Assembly (NCBI GenBank): GCA_032718475.1
Contig: JAUCBJ010000641.1
Coordinates: forward strand, 1 to 64,000
From: Nemertoderma westbladi
Taxonomy: Eukaryota > Animalia > Xenacoelomorpha
Length of the DNA stretch: 64,000 nucleotides
Reading direction: 5' to 3'
Of this stretch, positions 1 to 12,972 are shown one piece after another. The position numbers and the translations under genes are program-made. How positions within the stretch are numbered: position 1 is the stretch's first letter; each line of letters begins with the position of its first letter. The notes under the pieces were generated by a model, which made no database searches, was not told the DNA's origin, and saw only the letters and a program-made list of their open reading frames with translations.

Positions 1-2255
1 GAGACTTGCTGGGGACTTTCAAAGTTAACTGTCAGAATTTTGGTCTTTCTGGAGTTAATAAAAAGACCAACACTAGAAGCAGCATGTTCTAATGAGCTGA
101 GGAGCCGTTGGGCTCCCTCTAATGATTCTGAGAGTACTCCTAAGTCATCAGCAAAGTCTAGATCAGTTAGGTACTTGGCAGGATTTCCTCGACTTCTGGA
201 GCCAGTAGGTGGAGTTATCATCACCCCATCATCATTATGATGATCTAAGGACATGCGTAGAACATAGTCAACCACAATAATGAACAAGAATGGTGCAAGT
301 GTGTCTTCAAATGGTTCTGTGTCACCGTCAACAGTAGACACAAATGTTGTCGAACCATCGTATACTGATCTGATTGCTGCAATAATTTCATCAGGAATCC
401 CATATAATGAAAGTATGCTGAACATACGTGAGCGAGAGACTGAATCAAAGGCCTTGAAGAAGTCAACAAAGATAACAGCCAGATGCCTGTCTTTCTTTTT
501 TGATAATTCTTCAATTATCCTTCTAAGTGCCAAAATGGGCTCCATGGTTCCACGACCTTTGCGGAACCCATTCTGATTTCCACGGAGCAGTCTCTCAATG
601 GGATCCCTGATGCGATTTAATAGAATCCTATTGTATAGCTTTGCAGCAATCGAGATCAATGAGATTCCCCGAAAAGAACCATAGAGAGTTAGGTTGCCCT
701 TCTTGGGAACTGGCACCAACTTATTTGTTTTCATTTCTTGTGGGACTCTTGTTGTTCGGTACATGTCTACTATGATGGGATAGATGAGCTTTAAACACTC
801 AGGTATTTTAAAGACCTCAGGGGGAACACCATCTACTCCACTGGCACGATTGGTCTTAATGCTCTTTGCAGCAGCCTTCACTTCTGCAAAGGAGATATCG
901 CCAATGGGAATATCTGGGAGTACAGACTCAGACACTTTTACTTCTATAAAGTTATCAGGCAATACCCTGTCATTATTGAGGAGCTTTTCAAAGTGGGCTT
1001 TCCAACCATTGAGGCGGTCGGCTGGTGATTCAGCCTTAACCTTGGTGGTTGGTTGGCTTTTCCGCCCAGTAAGCAGATTGATCGATTTCCATGCCTGGGA
1101 TGATTGCCTGCTGTCGTCAGCATCATTGATGGCATCAACCTGTTGGTTTATTAGCTCCTGTAGATTAACAGAGTACTGCCTGTTCAGGGACCTAGATGCA
1201 GCCTTAACTGCATTCTTGGCCGCTGTAGTCTGTTTGAGTCGGGACTCTTTCTGCGCCTTATGAAGGTCATTTCGGCACTTCTGAATTTTGTTGTCAGTCC
1301 AGGGGGCCCTTTTCCTGTTTCGAGGGTATACAGGAACTGTTTCTGCAGCTGCTAACTTTACTGCTTCTGTAAAGGCAGTATAGCCCTCACAGTGATCTGC
1401 CGCCTCAGAGGCAAGAGCCTCATACCTGTTGCTCAGCTGTCGTGTAAAGCTGGATCTCACACTTGGCTGTTGCAACAGAGAGGACCAGTCATGCCGCGGC
1501 AAGGCAGATTACGTTGTTCTGCTAGCACGCAGACTAAGTCTTACCTTGGCCACAATAAGGCGGTGATCACTGGAGAAGGGTCGAAGTGTAAATGCATTAC
1601 AGTCTTGTATAGAGCTCCTGTATTTCCTACGAAACAGAATATGGTCTATCTGGGACTTGTGACCACTGGGTCCACTATGAGTCCATAGCTTTCCAGTTCG
1701 CTTCTTGAACTGGGTTCCAGCCGAAAACAATCCATTTCCAGAGATAAAATCCTGAAGATGGACAGAATTTCGGTTAACACTATTGCTATAGACCCAGGGC
1801 GATGTAGGTGATTGATGCAGACTTGCATTAAAGTCTCCCAGGAATGTTAAGAATGCATGCTGATCCACTCCATCAGTAGCAGCTTGTAGATTGTGGTAGA
1901 AATTTTCCACCTCCTCTACAGGGGCAACACTAGTTGGAGAGTAGCACACAATCAGAACCACCTTAGGAAACTCTAGTCTATTTTGTCCAATGCTGCATGT
2001 GCAGTTGGATTCATCAATAGACCAATTCCACCATTGCCACTACCATCTGCTGACGCGAGGGCGAGTCGCCAACAGCCCCCCATGTCCTTAATCAGAACAT
2101 CATCAGTCTGTCCAGTCTGCATTCGGTGCTCTTGAACACCCACTGCGATAAGAGAAAGCTTATCTGCCAAGGCAGTCAGCTCACCTTGTCGCATTGGGGA
2201 CCCAAGTGTTAGGGTGTTTACTGAGGCTAGTCTAGTGACTTGCCTCAGAGCAGGT
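1..2255 (-). mobile_element. Non-LTR retrotransposon (RTE/RTEX-like LINE), APE + RT ORF, disrupted; continues beyond the left edge
   Basis: Minus-strand translation gives APE motifs (RLASVNTLTL, GVQEHR, CYSPT, GDFNA, QIDHIL, SDH) at ~1510-2250 and RT motifs (VPKKG..FRGISL, NQNGFR, FVDFFKAFDSV, DTLAPFLF, DLDFADDL) at ~30-850. Stop plus frameshift near 1961-1975, in-frame TAA at 1509-1511, and the GxxQG motif is missing near position 305. Confidence 0.92.
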
Positions 2256-2595
2256 TACAGTGGCGCGTTATATTAACCAAAATAATAAACTAAACACAAT
2301 AGAACAGGCTATAGTTTTATTTTTGAGAGTAATCAGCCTTTATTTGCGTCGAATTTCCCCTGGAGAGGGATGGATTTTTATTGCGTCCAGTTTCCCCCCC
2401 TATCTGCGTTATTCAGGTACCTGGACCCCCCCCCCCAAATTTTTCTACGAATCTTAATGAGATTGCATGAAATTTGAAACAGAGATAGTTTCACCTCCCG
2501 ATTCCTCCGTGGGAAAGCCAGAATTTTTATTTTTGCTTTCAATTTTTAGCTACAAGCGTTTGAAAAAGGTGTCTCCGTTGATATTTCACCAGTTA

Positions 2596-3069
2596 CACTG
2601 CAGTTATTCTTCAACCTTATCGTGATTTGTTGGTACCAATATATTTCTGACCGTGCAAGGATTCCAAAAATGTTAAAACATTTAAATTTGGTTGGGAAAT
2701 AGCTGAGATATTGGCGTTCAAAAGTTGCATGGTTTTGCACCTGCGCGAGGCCGTTTTATTCTATTAAATAAAACACCATATTCTAGAACATTTTGTTTAT
2801 CCAATACGTAGCTGGGCAACAATGCAATTCTTCTTTAATCATACTATTATGTAGCTATTCATAGATAAACAAAATGTTCTAGAATATGGTGTTTTATTTA
2901 ATAGAATAAAACAGCCTCGCGCAGGTGCAGAACCATGAAACTTTTGAACTCTCATATCTCAGCTATTTTCCAACCAAATTTAATTGTTTTTACATTTTTG
3001 GAATCCTTGCACGGTCAGCTTTCTATTGGTACCAACAAATCACGATAAGGTTCAAGAATAACTGCACTG
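2596..3069. mobile_element. Tc1/mariner-like MITE (foldback) with ~206-bp terminal inverted repeats
   Basis: 2596-2801 is an imperfect reverse complement of 2864-3069 around a 62-bp spacer. Ends read TA|CACTGCAGTTATTCTT ... AAGAATAACTGCACTG|TA, with TA at 2594-2595 and 3070-3071 (TA TSD, CA[G/C]TG termini). Confidence 0.75.
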
Positions 3070-3073
3070 TAAC

Positions 3074-3998
3074 CAGGGACAGGATACGATACGAAAACGG
3101 ATTTTCGTATTTCGTATCGCAGTATTTTATTCGTATCGAATTTCGTATCGTATCATAAAAATTGACTTCGTATCGTATAATACAATAAATGTTTTTCGTA
3201 TTTTCGTATCTTATTATTTTGTAAATATTAATGTTTTTAACAGTCAAACAAGAGATCACACCACTTATTTATTTACATTTTTTTTCTCAAAATTGGTGTA
3301 TAAATTAGACAGGAGGATTATTAATCACATTGTAATTAACTGTAGAATAATGATAAAAAAGACCACTGAAATATAATTTAATTATCGTTTAAATAAAGTT
3401 TTTAGGATATTGTGCATTGATGTTGTGATAAAAGCATTCTAGTGAGAGAATAAAAGAAATAAATACATTTGTTTTGAAATAAAACATTTGTTTTGAAATA
3501 AAACATTTGTTTTGAAATAAAACATTTGTTTTGAAATAAAACATTTGTTTTGAAATAAAATATTTGTTTTGAAATAAAACATAGTTTTTTCTTGTATTAC
3601 AGTAGTTTGACTACGAAATTGAAATTTTGAATTTTATTCAATATTGGTACATCAAAATCTAAATTATTCCATAAATTACGGCAGTATGTAGGCCTAGGTA
3701 GGTACATCAGTACAGTATTCATAAAGTCGCATGGTAATATGACCAGACGTACATTGAAACAATAAATATTTGCCTATCATAAATATTATTATTATATTAT
3801 ATTATTTTCTGTGTGTAATACAAAATGCAATACATATATTTTTATTAATTCTTAGATAAAATACGATACGAAAAAAATACGAAACATTTTTCGTATTTCG
3901 TATCGTATTTATCCATATTTGCATTTGTATCGTATCGTATCGTTAAAAATTGGTTCGTATCGTATCGTATTTTCGTATCGTATCGTATCCTGTCCCTG
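3074..3998. mobile_element. Non-autonomous DNA transposon, probably hAT-like
   Basis: TIR CAGGGACAGGATACGATACGA at 3074 and its reverse complement ending at 3998 (TCGTATCGTATCCTGTCCCTG). Many subterminal TCGTA/TACGA motifs. CAGGG termini are hAT-typical, but no 8-bp TSD is visible. Confidence 0.7.
3465..3582. repeat. 19-bp minisatellite (ACATTTGTTTTGAAATAAA), ~6 copies
   Basis: Direct tandem copies inside the hAT-like element. Confidence 0.9.
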
Positions 3999-4711
3999 AT
4001 TCCAGGACAGGATGCAGGATAGGATAAGATTTGTGTCTATCATGAATCGTATATTGGTATTGACTGCTATAAACTTGGGTAAAGTGCTGGTCTACCATTT
4101 ACCATACCATCTCTCTAAAATCCGCGCACATGATAAGGGCGAAATCCTGGGGTATAGGCCAATTACATATTAACGTACGTCTCAATTTTTTGCACGATAA
4201 ATATTTATTACAAAAAATAATTTTTCAAATTCATATTCAATCCCTAGGAATAACATAAAATTACGAACTGACGAGACAATATTATTAAAAGAAAGGTAAT
4301 CAATAAATAATCATAAAAAAGAATAAAGGACTCACTGTGGACATCCCAGAGTGTACAAACCCCCATAACCACCACCCCCCCCCCCCCCCCCCCCCCAGCT
4401 TATAAAATAATAATTATTTAAGAACCTGTAACAGGCAAGTGCTTCTTTTATGCTCTTGGTTAATAAAACTATTTAGAAATTTTAATTGTATCAATCACCA
4501 GCAAAACTCACAATTAAAATTCAAAACTTATAACAGCCATTATTATTAGTATATATTGTATTACTGCATTTATACTGGCGTACAAGAATTTAAATACACC
4601 AAAACAATGGCTATAGAGATAAATAGAAGCACCTAAATCCATTGACATCTCCTACCGACGCAACATACTCCAGTACGATAGGGCTATCACTAAACCAACA
4701 GGACAGCGAGT

Positions 4712-5209
4712 CTACGCGTCGGGAATATCGTATTCCCCGTCGTTAATCTCGTCGATAACATCATGAGGATGTTTACCGTCGACTCTACACCCAACACTCT
4801 GCGCGGTGCCGAGGATTTCCTTAACAGTGCCGGTGAAATCTTTAGACATGGATCGATCTTTCATTATACGAGCCACTTCCAAGACGTTATCCATTGTTAT
4901 ATTCCCGGAGTGGGAAATATTCTTGACTTTCTTACGATCTCTCGGAGGTTCTTTCAGTGCTTTTATAATGAGAGCGGATGCCGAAGGTACGACGGATATT
5001 TGCGCCTGTCGGTTTTGGATGGTGAGTTTAACCGTTATCCGGAGACCTTTCCATTCGGTGGTTGCTTTCGCTATGTCGTCACCGACTTTCTTTGGAGACA
5101 GACCCAGAGGACCGATTTTGGGAGCGAGCGAGGAAGTTGCTCCAACTTCTCCGCCTACGACTCGCAGACATACGACTTTTATCTCATTGGGATCGAATTT
5201 AGGCGGCAT
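4712..5209 (-). CDS. RPL12: 60S ribosomal protein L12 (uL11), 165 aa, no introns in the CDS
   Basis: [50 protein letters not shown]...[15 protein letters not shown]...[12 protein letters not shown] is full-length eukaryotic RPL12. ATG at 5207-5209, no stops or frameshifts. Confidence 0.97.
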   Translation of the reverse strand: MPPKFDPNEIKVVCLRVVGGEVGATSSLAPKIGPLGLSPKKVGDDIAKATTEWKGLRITVKLTIQNRQAQISVVPSASALIIKALKEPPRDRKKVKNISHSGNITMDNVLEVARIMKDRSMSKDFTGTVKEILGTAQSVGCRVDGKHPHDVIDEINDGEYDIPDA

Positions 5210-5258
5210 TTTGTGTATCAAGATATGTTACCTTTGGATTTACGGTTGTCAGAAACGT

Positions 5259-5266
5259 GGAAGAGA
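5259..5266 (-). promoter_or_regulatory. TCT core-promoter / 5'TOP motif of RPL12
   Basis: Minus strand TCTCTTCC matches YC(+1)TYTYY about 55 nt upstream of the ATG, as expected for metazoan ribosomal protein genes. Confidence 0.6.
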
Positions 5267-5806
5267 TAACTAGCGTCGGATGAGCCGAATTCGACACGAC
5301 CGAAATGTTACGCTAGTCGGAATTTAATCTGTGTTTATGCTACCGGCCTAAAGTACAACAGTAAGTCTAGCCTATTCCTGTATTCAGGATACCGGTGCCA
5401 ATAATACCAAAACAATGAAACTTACCGATTCCGTATAAAGATACTATAGCAACAACAATCAGGCTACCGGATCACACACTACAGCACAGCAGCACTACTA
5501 CTGTAGCAGTACTGTCAGACTGTGGACTGTCCTACTCTTACAACAGTACAGTGTAGGCGAAGGCCTACTCCCGTACTCTCATCACTCTACTGTGTACTGT
5601 ACTTAGTGTAACATAAAGTTTGTTTTCTCCAGGCTCCAGCCCACCCAAATGACTTTATGACTAGGCCAACTACTGCATACTGCATACACTAACTAAACTA
5701 ATATAATAACCCACCTCAGAACATACTCGAACATCATCAGTTCAGTTACGTTAGTTTTTCACCAGGACCAGCCCACGCAGCGGTCTGTCTCTATTTATCC
5801 GTCCTA

Positions 5807-6201
5807 CGGATCCCGACTTATTATCTCAGGATCCCGACTTATTATCTCAGGATCCCGAGTAATTTATCTCGGGATCACGAGTTATTAACTCGTAATCATG
5901 ACTTATTATCTCGGGATCACGAGTTATTATCTCGTGATCCTGACTTATTATCTAGGGATCCCGAGTAATTATCTCGGGATCACGAGTTATTATCTCGGGA
6001 TCCCGACTTATTATATATCGGGATCCCGACTTATTATCTCGGGATCCCGAGTTATTATCTCGTGATCCTGACTTATTATCTCGGGATCCCGCCAGTTATT
6101 ATCTCGGGATCCCGACTTATTATCTCGGAATCCTGACTTATTATCTCGGGATCCCGAGTTATTATCTCGGGATCCCGAGTTATTATCTCGTGATCCCGAC
6201 T
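5807..6201. repeat. 21-bp minisatellite (CGGGATCCCGACTTATTATCT), ~19 copies
   Basis: Period 21 (GGA at 5808 and 5829). The consensus contains the palindrome TCGGGATCCCGA. Confidence 0.9.
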
Positions 6202-6216
6202 AGTACTACTTACACC

Positions 6217-9200
6217 ACTCACATCCCTAGGACTACTACACTAATCCGACTCACATCCCTAGGCCTACTACACTAATCCGACTCACATCCCTATGACTAC
6301 TACACTAATCCGACTCACATCCCTAGGCCTACTACACTAATCCGACTCACATCCGTAGGCCTACTACATTAATTCGACTCACATACCTAGGCCTACTACA
6401 CTAATCCGACTCACATCCCTAGGCCTACTACACTAATGCGACTCACATCCCTAGGCCAACTACACTAATCCGACTCACATCCCTAGGACCACTACACTAA
6501 TCCGACTCACATCCCTAGTCCTACTACACTAATCCGACTCACATCCCTAGGACTACTACACTAATCCGCCTCACATCCCTAGGCCTACTACACTAATCCG
6601 ACTCACATCCCTAGACCTACTACACTACTCCAACTCACATCCCTAGGCCTACTACATTAATCCGACTCACATCCCTAGGCCTACTACACCGATCCGACTC
6701 ACATCCCTATGCCTACTACACTAATCCGACTCACATCCCTAGGACTACTACACTAATCCGACTCACACCCCTAGACCTACTACACTAATCCCTAGGCCTA
6801 CTAGACTAATCCGACTCACATCCCTAGGACTACTACTCTAATCCGACTCACATCCCTAGGACTACTACACTAATCCGACTCACATCCCTAGGACCACTAC
6901 ACTAATCCGACTCACATCCCTAGCAATACTACACTAATCCGACTCACATCCCTAGGACTACTACACTAATCCGACTCACATCCCTAGGTCCACTACACTA
7001 ATCCGACTCACATCCCTAGCACTACTACACTAATCCGACTCACATCCCTAGGACTACTGCACTAGTCCGACTCACATCCATAGGACTACTACACTAATCC
7101 GATTCACATCCCTAGGACCTCTACACTAATCCGACTCACATCCCTAGGACAACTACACTAATCCGACTCACATCCCTAGCACTACTACACTAATCCGACT
7201 CACATCCCTACGCCTACTACACTAATCCGACTCACATCCCTAGGCCTACTACACTAATCCGACTCACATCCCTAGGACCACACACTAATCCGACTCACAT
7301 CCCTAGCACCACTACACTAATCCGACTCACATCCCTAGGACTACTACACTAATCCGACTCACATCCCTAGGACTACTACACTAATCCGACTCAAATCCCT
7401 AGGCCTACTACACTAATCCGACTCACATCCCTACGCCTACTACACTAATCCGACTCACATCCCTAGGCCTACTACACTAATCCGACTCACATCCCTAGGC
7501 CTACTACACTAATCCGACTCACATCCCTAGGCCTACTACACTAATCCGACTCACATCCCTAGGACTACTACACTAATCCAACTCACATCCCTAGGACTAC
7601 TACACTAATCCGACTCACATCCCTAGGCCTACTACACTAATCCGACTCACATCCCTAGGCCTACTGCGCTACTCCGACTCACATCCCTAGACCTACTACA
7701 CAAATCCGACTCACATCCCTAGGCCTACTACACTAATCCGACTCACATCCCTAGGCCTACTGCGCTACTCCGACTCACATCCCTAGGCCTACTACACAAA
7801 TCCGACTCACATCCCTAGGCCTACTACACTAATCCGACTCACATCTCTACCCCTACTAGACTAATGCGACTCACATCCCTATGACTACTACACTAATCCG
7901 ACTCATATCCCTAGGACTACTACACTAATCCGACTCACATCCCTATGACTACTACACTAATCCGACTCACATCCCTAGGCCTACTACACTAATCCGACTC
8001 ACACCCGTAGGCCTACTACATTAATTCGACTCACATACCTAGGCCTACTACACTAATCCGACTCACATCCCTAGGCCTACTACACTAATGCGACTCACAT
8101 CCCTAGGCCTACTACACTAATCCGACTCACATCCCTAGGACCACTACACTAATCCGACTCACATCCCTAGTCCTACTACACTAATCCGACTCACATCCCT
8201 AGGACTACTACACTAATCCGCCTCACATCCCTAGGCCTACTACACTAATCCGACTCACATCCCTAGACCTACTACACTACTCCAACTCACATCCCTAGGC
8301 CTACTACACTAATCCGACTCACATCCCTAGGCCTACTACACCGATCCGACTCACATCCCTATGCCTACTACACTAATCCGACTCACATCCCTAGGACTAC
8401 TACACTAATCCGACTCACACCCCTAGACCTACTACACTAATCCCTAGGCCTACTAGACTAATCCGACTCACATCCCTAGGACTACTACTCTAATCCGACT
8501 CACATCCCCACGACCACTACACTAATCCGACTCACATCCATAGCACTACTACACTAATCCGACTCACATCCCTAGGACTACTACACTAATCCGACTCACA
8601 TCCCTAGGTCCACTACACTAATCCGACTCACATCCCTAGCACTACTACACTAATCCGACTCACATCCCTAGGACTACTACACTAATCCGACTCACATCCA
8701 TAGGACTACTACACTAATCCGATTCACATCCCTAGGACCTCTACACTAATCCGACTCACATCCCTAGGACAACTACACTAATCCGACTCACATCCCTAGC
8801 ACTACTACACTAATCCGACTCACATCCCTACGCCTACTACACTAATCCGACTCACATCCCTAGGCCTACTACACTAATCCGACTCAAATCTCTAGGACCA
8901 CACACTAATCCGACTCACATCCCTAGCACCACTACACTAATCCGACTCACATCCCTAGGACTACTACACTAATCCGACTCACATCCCTAGGACTACTACA
9001 CTAATCCGACTCAAATCCCTAGGCCTACTACACTAATCCGACTCACATCCCTACGCCTACTACACTAATCCGACTCACATCCCTAGGCCTACTACACTAA
9101 TCCGACTCACATCCCTAGGCCTACTACACTAATCCGACTCACATCCCTAGGCCTACTACACTAATCCGACTCACATCCCTAGGACTACTACACTAATCCA

Positions 9201-12200
9201 ACTCACATCCCTAGGACTACTACACTAATCCGACTCACATCCCTAGGCCTACTACACTAATCCGACTCACATCCCTAGGCCTACTGCACTACTCCGACTC
9301 ACATCCCTAGACCTACTACACTAATCCGACTCACATCCCTAGGCCTACTACACTAATCCGACTCACATCCCTAGACCTACTACACTAATCCGACTCACAT
9401 CCCTATGACTACTACACTAATCCGACTCACATCCCTAGGACTACTACACTAATCCGACTCACATCCCTAGGACCACTACACTAATCCGACTCACATCCCT
9501 AGCACTACTACACTAATCCGACTCACATCCCTAGGCCTACTGCACTACTCCGACTCTCATCCCTAGACCTACTACACTAATCCGACTCACATCCCTAGGC
9601 CTACTACACTAATCCGACTCACATCCTTAGGACTACTACACTAATCCGACTCACATCCCTACGACTACTACACTAATCCGACTCACATCCACAGGACTAC
9701 TACACTAATTCGACTCACATCCCTAGGCCTACTACACTAATCCGACTCTCATCCCTAGACCTACTACACTAATCCGACTAACATCCCTAGGACTACTACA
9801 CTAATCCGACTCACATCCATAGGCCTACTACACTAATCAGACTCACATCCCTAGGACTACTACACAAATCCGACTCACATCCCTAGGACTACTACACTAA
9901 TCCGACTCACATCCCTAGCACTACTACACTAATCCGACTAACATCCCTAGGACTACTACACTAATCCGACTCACATCCATAGGCCTACTACACTAATCCG
10001 ACTCACATTCCTAGGACTACTACACTAATCCGACTCACATTCCTAGGACTACTACACTAATCCGACTCACATCCATAGGCCTACTACACTAATCCGACTC
10101 ATCCCTAGGACTACTACACTAATCCGACTCACATCCCTAGGACCACTACACTAATCCGACTCACATCCCTAGCACTACTACACTAATCCGACTAACATCC
10201 CTAGGACTACTACACTAATCCGACTCACATCCATAGGCCTACTACACTAATCCGACTCACATTCCTAGGACTACTACACTAATCCGACTCACATTCCTAG
10301 GACTACTACACTAATCCGACTCACATCCATAGGCCTACTACACTAATCCGACTCATCCCTAGGACTACTACACTAATCCGACTCACATCCCTAGGACTAC
10401 TACACTAATTCGACTCACATCCCTAGGACTACTACACTAATCCGACTCACATCCCTAGGCCCACTACACTAATCCGACTCACATCCCTAGGACTACTACA
10501 CTACTCCGACTCACATCCCTAGGACTACTACACTAATCCGACTCACATCCCTAGACCTACTACACTAATCCGACTCACATCCCTAGGTCTACTACACTAA
10601 TCCGACTCACATCCCTATGCCTACTACACTAATCCGACTCACATCCCTAGGACTACTACACTAATCCTACTCACATCCCTAGACCTACTACACTAATCCG
10701 ACTCACATCCATAGACCTACTACACTAATCCGACTCACATCTCTAGGAGTACTACACTAATCCGACTCACATCCCTAGGCCCACTACACTAATCCGACTC
10801 ACATCCCTAGGACTACTACACTAATCCGACTCACATCCCTAGGACTACTACACTACTCCGACTCACATCCCTAGGACTACTACACTAATCCGACTCACAT
10901 CCCTATGCCTACTACACTAATCCGACTCACATCCCTAGGCCTACTACACTAATCCGACTCACATCCCTAGGACCACTACACTACTCCGACTCACATCCCT
11001 AGGACTACTACACTAATCCGACTCACATCCCTAGGCCTACTAGACTACTCCGACTCACATCCCTAGCACTACTACACTAATCCGACTCACATCCCTAGGA
11101 CTACTACACTAATCCGACTTACATCCCTAGGACTACTACACTAATCCGACTCACATCCCTAGACCTACTACACTACTCCGACTCACATCCCTAGGCCCAC
11201 TACACTAATCCGACTCACATCCCTAGGACTACTACACTAATCCGACTCACATCCCTAGGCCTACTAGACTACTCCGACTCACATCCCTAGGCCTACTAGA
11301 CTACTCCGACTCACATCCCTAGCACTACTACACTAATCCGACACACATCCCTAGGACTACTACACTAATCCGACTTACATCCCTAGGACTACTACACTAA
11401 TCCGACTCACATCCCTAGGACTACTACACTCATCCGACTCACATCCCTAGGCCTACTACACTAATCCGACTCACATCCCTAGGACTACTACACTAATCCG
11501 ACTCACATCCCTAGGCCTACTAGACTACTCCGACTCACATCCCTAGGCCTACTAGACTACTCCGACTCACATCCCTAGCACTACTACACTAATCCGACTC
11601 ACATCCCTAGGACTACTACACTAATCCGACTTACATCCCTAGGACTACTACACTAATCCGACTCACATCCCTAGACCTACTACACTAATCCGACTCACAT
11701 CCCTAGGACTACTACACTCATCCGACTCACATCCCTAGGCCTACTACACTAATCCGACTCACATCCCTAGGACTACTACACTAATCCGACTCACATCCCT
11801 AGGCCTACTAGACTACTCCGACTCACATCCCTAGCACTACTACACTAATCCGACTCACATCCCTAGGACTACTACACTAATCCGACTTACATCCCTAGGA
11901 CTACTACACTAATCCGACTCACATCCCTAGACCTACTACACTACTCCGACTCACATCCCTAGGCCCACTACACTAATCCGACTCACATCCCTAGGACTAC
12001 TACACTAATCCGACTCACATCCCTAGGCCTACTAGACTACTCCGACTCACATCCCTAGCACTACTACACTGATCCGACTCACATCCCTAGGACTACTACA
12101 CTAATCCGACTTACATCCCTAAGACTACTACACTAATCCGACTCACATCCCTAGACCTACTACACTAATCCGACTCACATCCCTAGGACTACTACACTAA

Positions 12201-12240
12201 TCCGACTCACATCCCTAGGACTACTACACTAATCCGACTC
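6217..12240. repeat. 32-bp satellite (CCGACTCACATCCCTAGG[A/C]CTACTACACTAAT), ~188 copies
   Basis: Period 32, C/A-rich on the + strand. Variant patterns recur at ~1.62-1.65 kb (e.g. 7101/8721, 7391/9011). Confidence 0.97.
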
Positions 12241-12449
12241 GTATAAGTCGATAAGGCTGGCTTATAGAGTATACCCTAGTTCGTTACAGAATAAATGAAA
12301 GAATGAAAAAATAAAAGAAAAAGCTTTAATATTAATATTGAAATAGAGTTCCATAAAATTTGAGGTGTCAAATATTATGTCGGATAACTCATCCGTTCTA
12401 AATTTACGTGAAACTTTATACATTTTTTATCACTAATATATATTTTTCA

Positions 12450-12972
12450 ATATATATTGTGATCACCCCATGATCGGGGTGAATGAGTGTTTAATCGTTA
12501 TAAATAAAATTTAAATTAAAACAATATAGTTTAAAAATTTCACGTTAAAATAAACTTTAAATTTCACAGAATTCGATAATGATTTTAAAGAGGGACGGTT
12601 GGGGCAGTCTAGCACGTGGTACAGGTGATGGGCTGAGCTGTCGCAAAAGTTGCATAAACACTGATCCGATCAATCATGGAATGGTTCAGAGTATGTGCAT
12701 AATTTGAAGTGCCAACGATGGGCCGTAGTTCTAGTTATGGTGTGGCTGTTCTGTTGGAGAGCTCCTATCCAAGAGGAATTTATAAACGCCGGTCCATTTA
12801 AGAAGCCCTGGTTTATAGAAGTATCATCACGCACTCGCCTGTATTGTCTATAGTCTTCAATTATTTCGAGTTTGAAAACGTTCGATGTTTTATCAATAAT
12901 GTCTTCATAAAATGTTTTTTCTTTTACGGCTCAGGGAGCCATAGTACAGTAGATGAGGCAGTTTTTGACAGT
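12450..12972 (-). mobile_element. Degenerate LINE ORF2 C-terminus and 3' end (left half of the element split by the 37-bp satellite)
   Basis: Minus strand reads LLGLSKTASSTVLW, a frameshift, then EKTFYEDII...GPAFINSSW...HTITRTTAHRWHFKLC...CLCNFCDSSAHHLYHVLDCP (C-x2-C...H-x3-C zinc knuckle). A hairpin TCACCCC-n6-GGGGTGA at 12463-12482 and an AT-rich tail follow. Confidence 0.7.

Noticed and set aside
40-1828. Short + strand and alternative-frame ORFs
   Set aside because: Shadows of the LINE ORF.
2546-3259. Pair of similar ORFs (MQNHATFE, MQNHETFE) on opposite strands
   Set aside because: A product of the MITE inverted repeats, with non-ATG starts.
4763-5273. Two + strand ORFs of 168 and 155 aa
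   Set aside because: Antisense shadows of RPL12 with no recognisable motifs.
5415-5430. Minus-strand GTAAGT donor upstream of RPL12 as a 5' UTR exon
   Set aside because: No convincing acceptor before the ATG, and the TCT motif already explains the start.
6217-12240. Telomere-like repeat suggested by the C-rich strand and CCCTA
   Set aside because: The unit is 32 bp, internal and flanked by unique DNA; CCCTAG occurs once per unit and is not tandem.
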